Shown piece after piece: positions 60,852 to 64,000 of a stretch of DNA of 64,000 bases. How positions within the stretch are numbered: the stretch's first letter is position 1; every line of letters starts with the position of its first letter. Below the pieces are notes generated by a model. That model did not search any database. It saw only the letters and a program-made list of their open reading frames with translations, and had not been told where the DNA came from. Source of the DNA: Ginsengibacter sp. (GTDB lineage Bacteria; Bacteroidota; Bacteroidia; Chitinophagales; Chitinophagaceae); the NCBI GenBank assembly GCA_040005125.1, contig JBDTZL010000016.1:3495-67494 (forward strand), written 5' to 3'. Made by a program: the position numbers and the translations under genes.

Positions 60852-61973
60852 TTAAATTATTGAAACCGTTTTTCCTGTTCTTGCTGCTTCATAAATGGCT
60901 TGTAGTATGCTTATATCTTTAATACCTTCTTCCCCAGTGATATGACTGGGGAATATTTTATTTGCTAACAATACCTTTGCGATCTCATCACATTGTGTGG
61001 TTTGCTGGTTTATAACCGGAAAATTTAATTCTCCTTTACTTGTTGTTCCCTTATATGGGCCATAACCAAGACCAGGACTAAGTTCAATGAAACCGTTATC
61101 AGCGGATGCAAAAAGTCTGTCAATGCTGCAATTAAAAGAACTGCTGGAATTGCAAACAGCGCCTCCCGGAAACTCTAACTGCCAGGTGATAGATTCTTCT
61201 ACTTCTGTAAATAATTTTTTGTTAGTAACGGGGCCAAATTGTGCTGTTACAGCAATAGGTTCTTCGCCTAACACATAGCGGCTGCTTTGAACACAGTAAA
61301 TTCCAATATCCATCAGGGGACCGCCACCTGAGATTGCTTTCTTTAAATGCCAATGGGTTGGATCAACCGATTTGTAACCCAGAGATGCTTCCAGTAAACG
61401 GACCTGACCAAAAATTTTTTCCTGTCCCAATCTTTTAATTTCCAGGTGGTTTGGTTCATAATGTAACCGATAGCCAACGGCTAACTGTACACCGGCATTT
61501 TTACATGCATCTATCATTTCCCGGCAATCATTCACAGTGATTGCCATTGGCTTCTCCACAATCACGTGTTTGCCAGCTTTCGCAGCCCGGATGGCAAACT
61601 CTTTATGCATTGAATTTGGCAGTACCACGTACACTAAATCAATATCTTTATTATTTTTTATTTCGTCGAAATTTTGATAGTTGTAAATATTTTTTTGGGG
61701 TATAGCATATCGTCTTTCCCATTCGTCCGCTTTAGTTGGTGTTCCTGTGACGACACCTGCAATACGGCAGTATTGTGAGCTTTGTAAACCATGGGCCAAA
61801 ATATTTGCATAAACCCCCAGGCCACACAACGCAATGTTCAATTTCTTACCCTCATAATTCGCTGAATTTATTTTGGGAATATTTATAAAAGACGGTAGTG
61901 TAACAGCAACTGCGGCAGTGCCGGCGGAAATACCTAAATTTTGTAAAAACGAACGGCGCGATAAATTTTTCAC
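60852..61973 (-). CDS. Gfo/Idh/MocA family oxidoreductase with a Tat signal
   Basis: SRRSFL twin-arginine motif, G.G, VEKPMA and GGGPLMDIGIY motifs. Confidence 0.9.
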   Translation of the reverse strand: MKNLSRRSFLQNLGISAGTAAVAVTLPSFINIPKINSANYEGKKLNIALCGLGVYANILAHGLQSSQYCRIAGVVTGTPTKADEWERRYAIPQKNIYNYQNFDEIKNNKDIDLVYVVLPNSMHKEFAIRAAKAGKHVIVEKPMAITVNDCREMIDACKNAGVQLAVGYRLHYEPNHLEIKRLGQEKIFGQVRLLEASLGYKSVDPTHWHLKKAISGGGPLMDIGIYCVQSSRYVLGEEPIAVTAQFGPVTNKKLFTEVEESITWQLEFPGGAVCNSSSSFNCSIDRLFASADNGFIELSPGLGYGPYKGTTSKGELNFPVINQQTTQCDEIAKVLLANKIFPSHITGEEGIKDISILQAIYEAARTGKTVSII

Positions 61974-61977
61974 TATT

Positions 61978-62082
61978 TTATTTTTTAGTCATTTGATGCA
62001 ATGGCTGATAATTAAGCCCACCTGTACTCCACGTTGCTGCGGCTTTATTATTGTGCGGTTGGAATGATTCTCCATTTTTCAT
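61978..62082 (-). pseudogene. 34-aa ORF resembling the N-terminus of a class I SAM methyltransferase
   Basis: MKNGESFQPHNNKAAATWSTGGLNY, then unrelated sequence and a stop. Confidence 0.35.
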
Positions 62083-62408
62083 TTTTCAGATAGTGAATAC
62101 TTATTAAATTTTTAATGTAGCGAGATAAAGGAGTGGATTAATGATTCAGGTAGAATGGCATTACTCCCAAATCTTTACTTATTATTTGGTGTAATTCATT
62201 TTCCCCAAAAAAGTTTACTGGCTTATTTTGCCATATTTTATAATAAACGTACCGGGATTAAGTGGCACATCAACACCTGGCATTATTGTATTCAACCCAA
62301 TAAATGGCAACCCGGTTTTCACTATCATTTTGTCGCCTTGAATTTGATTTTGTCCACAGGCGACAAACTAAGGCATAGAAAAATAAAAATAGTTATTTGT
62401 CCTATTGA

Positions 62409-62615
62409 TTAAAGTCCCTGTTGTTTAGAAGATTTCCTCCAAAATTTGATAGCTACAAAAATAAAAAGCGCTGTCATAATTACCCCCATTAGCATTAATG
62501 GAGTTCTATTGTTTGCAGTGACGGGGTCTGACGAAGTGAATATTCTAAAAGTATCCAGAATTGCTCCGATACATATCAGGGAAAATAGTATTGCGAGTCT
62601 TTTCCATTTATTCAT
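62409..62615 (-). CDS. Small two-TM membrane protein
   Basis: MNKWKRLAILFSLICIGAIL...LMLMGVIMTALFIFVAIKFWRK; ATG at 62615. Confidence 0.55.
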   Translation of the reverse strand: MNKWKRLAILFSLICIGAILDTFRIFTSSDPVTANNRTPLMLMGVIMTALFIFVAIKFWRKSSKQQGL

Positions 62616-62775
62616 AAGTCTGTCAATTTTAATATGTCCGATTAATAGTAGCCAAGACACAGTTAGCAGCAAACGTTGAATAACTACATCAACAAATAAA
62701 AAACACAAATACAATAAGGTTCTTTTTCCTTTTTAAACATGGTGACGGGAGTAATTTATTTTTAAATAATTAAGT

Positions 62776-62933
62776 TGCAAAATTCCGCAAGCCGTCTTTC
62801 CCCGGCAATCCCATAGTAATGTGGATTTGTGATTTCTTGAATTTTAAAATATGCTATGCCTCCCATAAATATGGGGTTTTGCAGCATTGCTTTGAGTTGT
62901 ATTTTATTCAGGCTAAATTTGAATAAGCAAAAC
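62776..62933. promoter_or_regulatory. Paired-palindrome promoter module, copy 3
   Basis: TGCAAAA at 62776; boxes TCCCATAGTAATGTGGA (62809) and TCCCATAAATATGGGG (62861); TAAATTTG ahead of the sensor gene. Confidence 0.6.
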
Positions 62934-62961
62934 AACCAATTCACAAATACTGAATAGCACT

Positions 62962-64000
62962 GTGAAAAACCAGGAACACAATAACCCTCACAATAGTAAC
63001 TGTATAAAAATATTTTTAATTTTTTTGTGCAGTTGCTTTGGTTATTGTTTACATGCCCAGTTAACCGATATTAAATATTTGCATTTTACCCGCCACAATT
63101 TTTTAGTTGCCGACCAGGTGAACTGTATTGTGCAGGATAAAAAAAAGTTTATGTGGTTCGCGACCAGCAATGGCATACAAAGGTTTGATGGTAACAGGTG
63201 GCTTTGGCTGGCACAACAAAAAAATTCAAATACATCGCTGCCGGATAATGATGTGGCATCCCTGCTGGAAGATAAGCAGGAACGATTTTGGGTGGAAACA
63301 GCATCGGGTATTTGTTTGCTTAACAGGAACAATTTTGAATTTACCAGTATTAAAATTGCCTGGTTGCCTGAACATAAAGTGCATAATTTCCAATCGTTGG
63401 CGGAGTTACAGGATGGCCGCATCTGGTTTACTTTAGCAAACGGCGGATTATATTATTATAATGAGGCTGCAAAACAATTTGTACCTGCTGACAAAATTAT
63501 TCCTGCATCGTCCTATTCAATTTACCAAATAGCTTATGACAGCAGCCATCAGCGGTATTTTTTGGGTACAGATAATGGTATTGTAATTTATAGTGTACTT
63601 ACAAAACAATTCTCTCATTCGGGTTTCAACCCGCAGGGAATTGCGCTTTTAAAATTTGCACCGGCCAAAGAAAGTAATGTAAATATTTATCTAAACGATA
63701 GCGCCCAGCTTTGGTTTAGCAGCCTGTCAATCCACTCATGTTATGATATAAAAAAAGACAGCGTTATTTTTTGCGACAGCACTTCTAAAATCTGGGGTGT
63801 ACTGGGTTACGCAACAGACCGCTCAGGAACTACCTGGAGCTATGGGTACAACATTGCAAAAATGAATTTGACTACCGGCAGAATGGAAGTAATTATGCAA
63901 ACCCCGGATGAGTTATACGGGATCAATTTTCAGAATGGCAATTACCTGATGGAAGATAATGAAAATTCGTATTGGATTGCCACTACCAATGGCGTATTCA
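62962..64000 (+). CDS. Two-component regulator beta-propeller sensor protein (partial, runs off the window)
   Basis: Frame from GTG 62962 has no stop in the window (absent from the ORF track): signal peptide, VNCIVQDKKKFMWFATSNGIQRFDG and SLPDN.V.SLLEDKQ.RFWV Reg_prop repeats. Confidence 0.8.
   Translation, partial: MKNQEHNNPHNSNCIKIFLIFLCSCFGYCLHAQLTDIKYLHFTRHNFLVADQVNCIVQDKKKFMWFATSNGIQRFDGNRWLWLAQQKNSNTSLPDNDVASLLEDKQERFWVETASGICLLNRNNFEFTSIKIAWLPEHKVHNFQSLAELQDGRIWFTLANGGLYYYNEAAKQFVPADKIIPASSYSIYQIAYDSSHQRYFLGTDNGIVIYSVLTKQFSHSGFNPQGIALLKFAPAKESNVNIYLNDSAQLWFSSLSIHSCYDIKKDSVIFCDSTSKIWGVLGYATDRSGTTWSYGYNIAKMNLTTGRMEVIMQTPDELYGINFQNGNYLMEDNENSYWIATTNGVF

Noticed and set aside
62170-62740. 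Additional decayed signal-peptide or lipoprotein stubs flanking the small membrane protein
   Set aside because: Frames are broken by stops and shifts and no family is recognisable; noted only as consistent with general decay
53-63436. Numerous 60-140 aa ORFs overlapping or antisense to the assigned genes
   Set aside because: Shadow ORFs with no motifs, lying within well-supported CDSs

Overview
AT-rich bacterial DNA from a Bacteroidota genome, probably Chitinophagaceae-like. The evidence is gldF/gldG, a MurF-Alr fusion, a T9SS C-terminal domain, many lipoproteins and TAnnTTTG promoters. The first ~26 kb is mostly housekeeping: WD40-Omp85, mce, iscS, gldFG, terC, alr, lspA, fumC, gltX and tatD. 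A small-protein/nucleotidyltransferase pair resembling the MenA1/MenT1 toxin-antitoxin module sits between the crotonase and B12-binding genes. 26-32 kb is a decaying glucuronoxylan locus: uxuA, a LacI remnant with its operator, GH67, an SDR and a broken GH10. 36-47 kb carries NfeD/stomatin and a TolC-HlyD-ABC export operon behind a LytTR direct repeat, next to a LytS/LytR pair. 47-64 kb is an accessory region with many deletion-fused gene remnants, mddA and a TonB-dependent receptor. The least explained signals are non-coding: (i) a promoter- and terminator-bounded array of 26-nt tandem repeats at ~47.15-47.30 kb, a candidate sponge-type sRNA; (ii) three copies of a fixed-geometry paired-palindrome promoter module at 59.6, 60.3 and 62.8 kb; (iii) a long-hairpin element at 8.8 kb. 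I saw no tRNA, rRNA, CRISPR array or intact transposase. All family calls come from motif recognition by eye, with no database searches.
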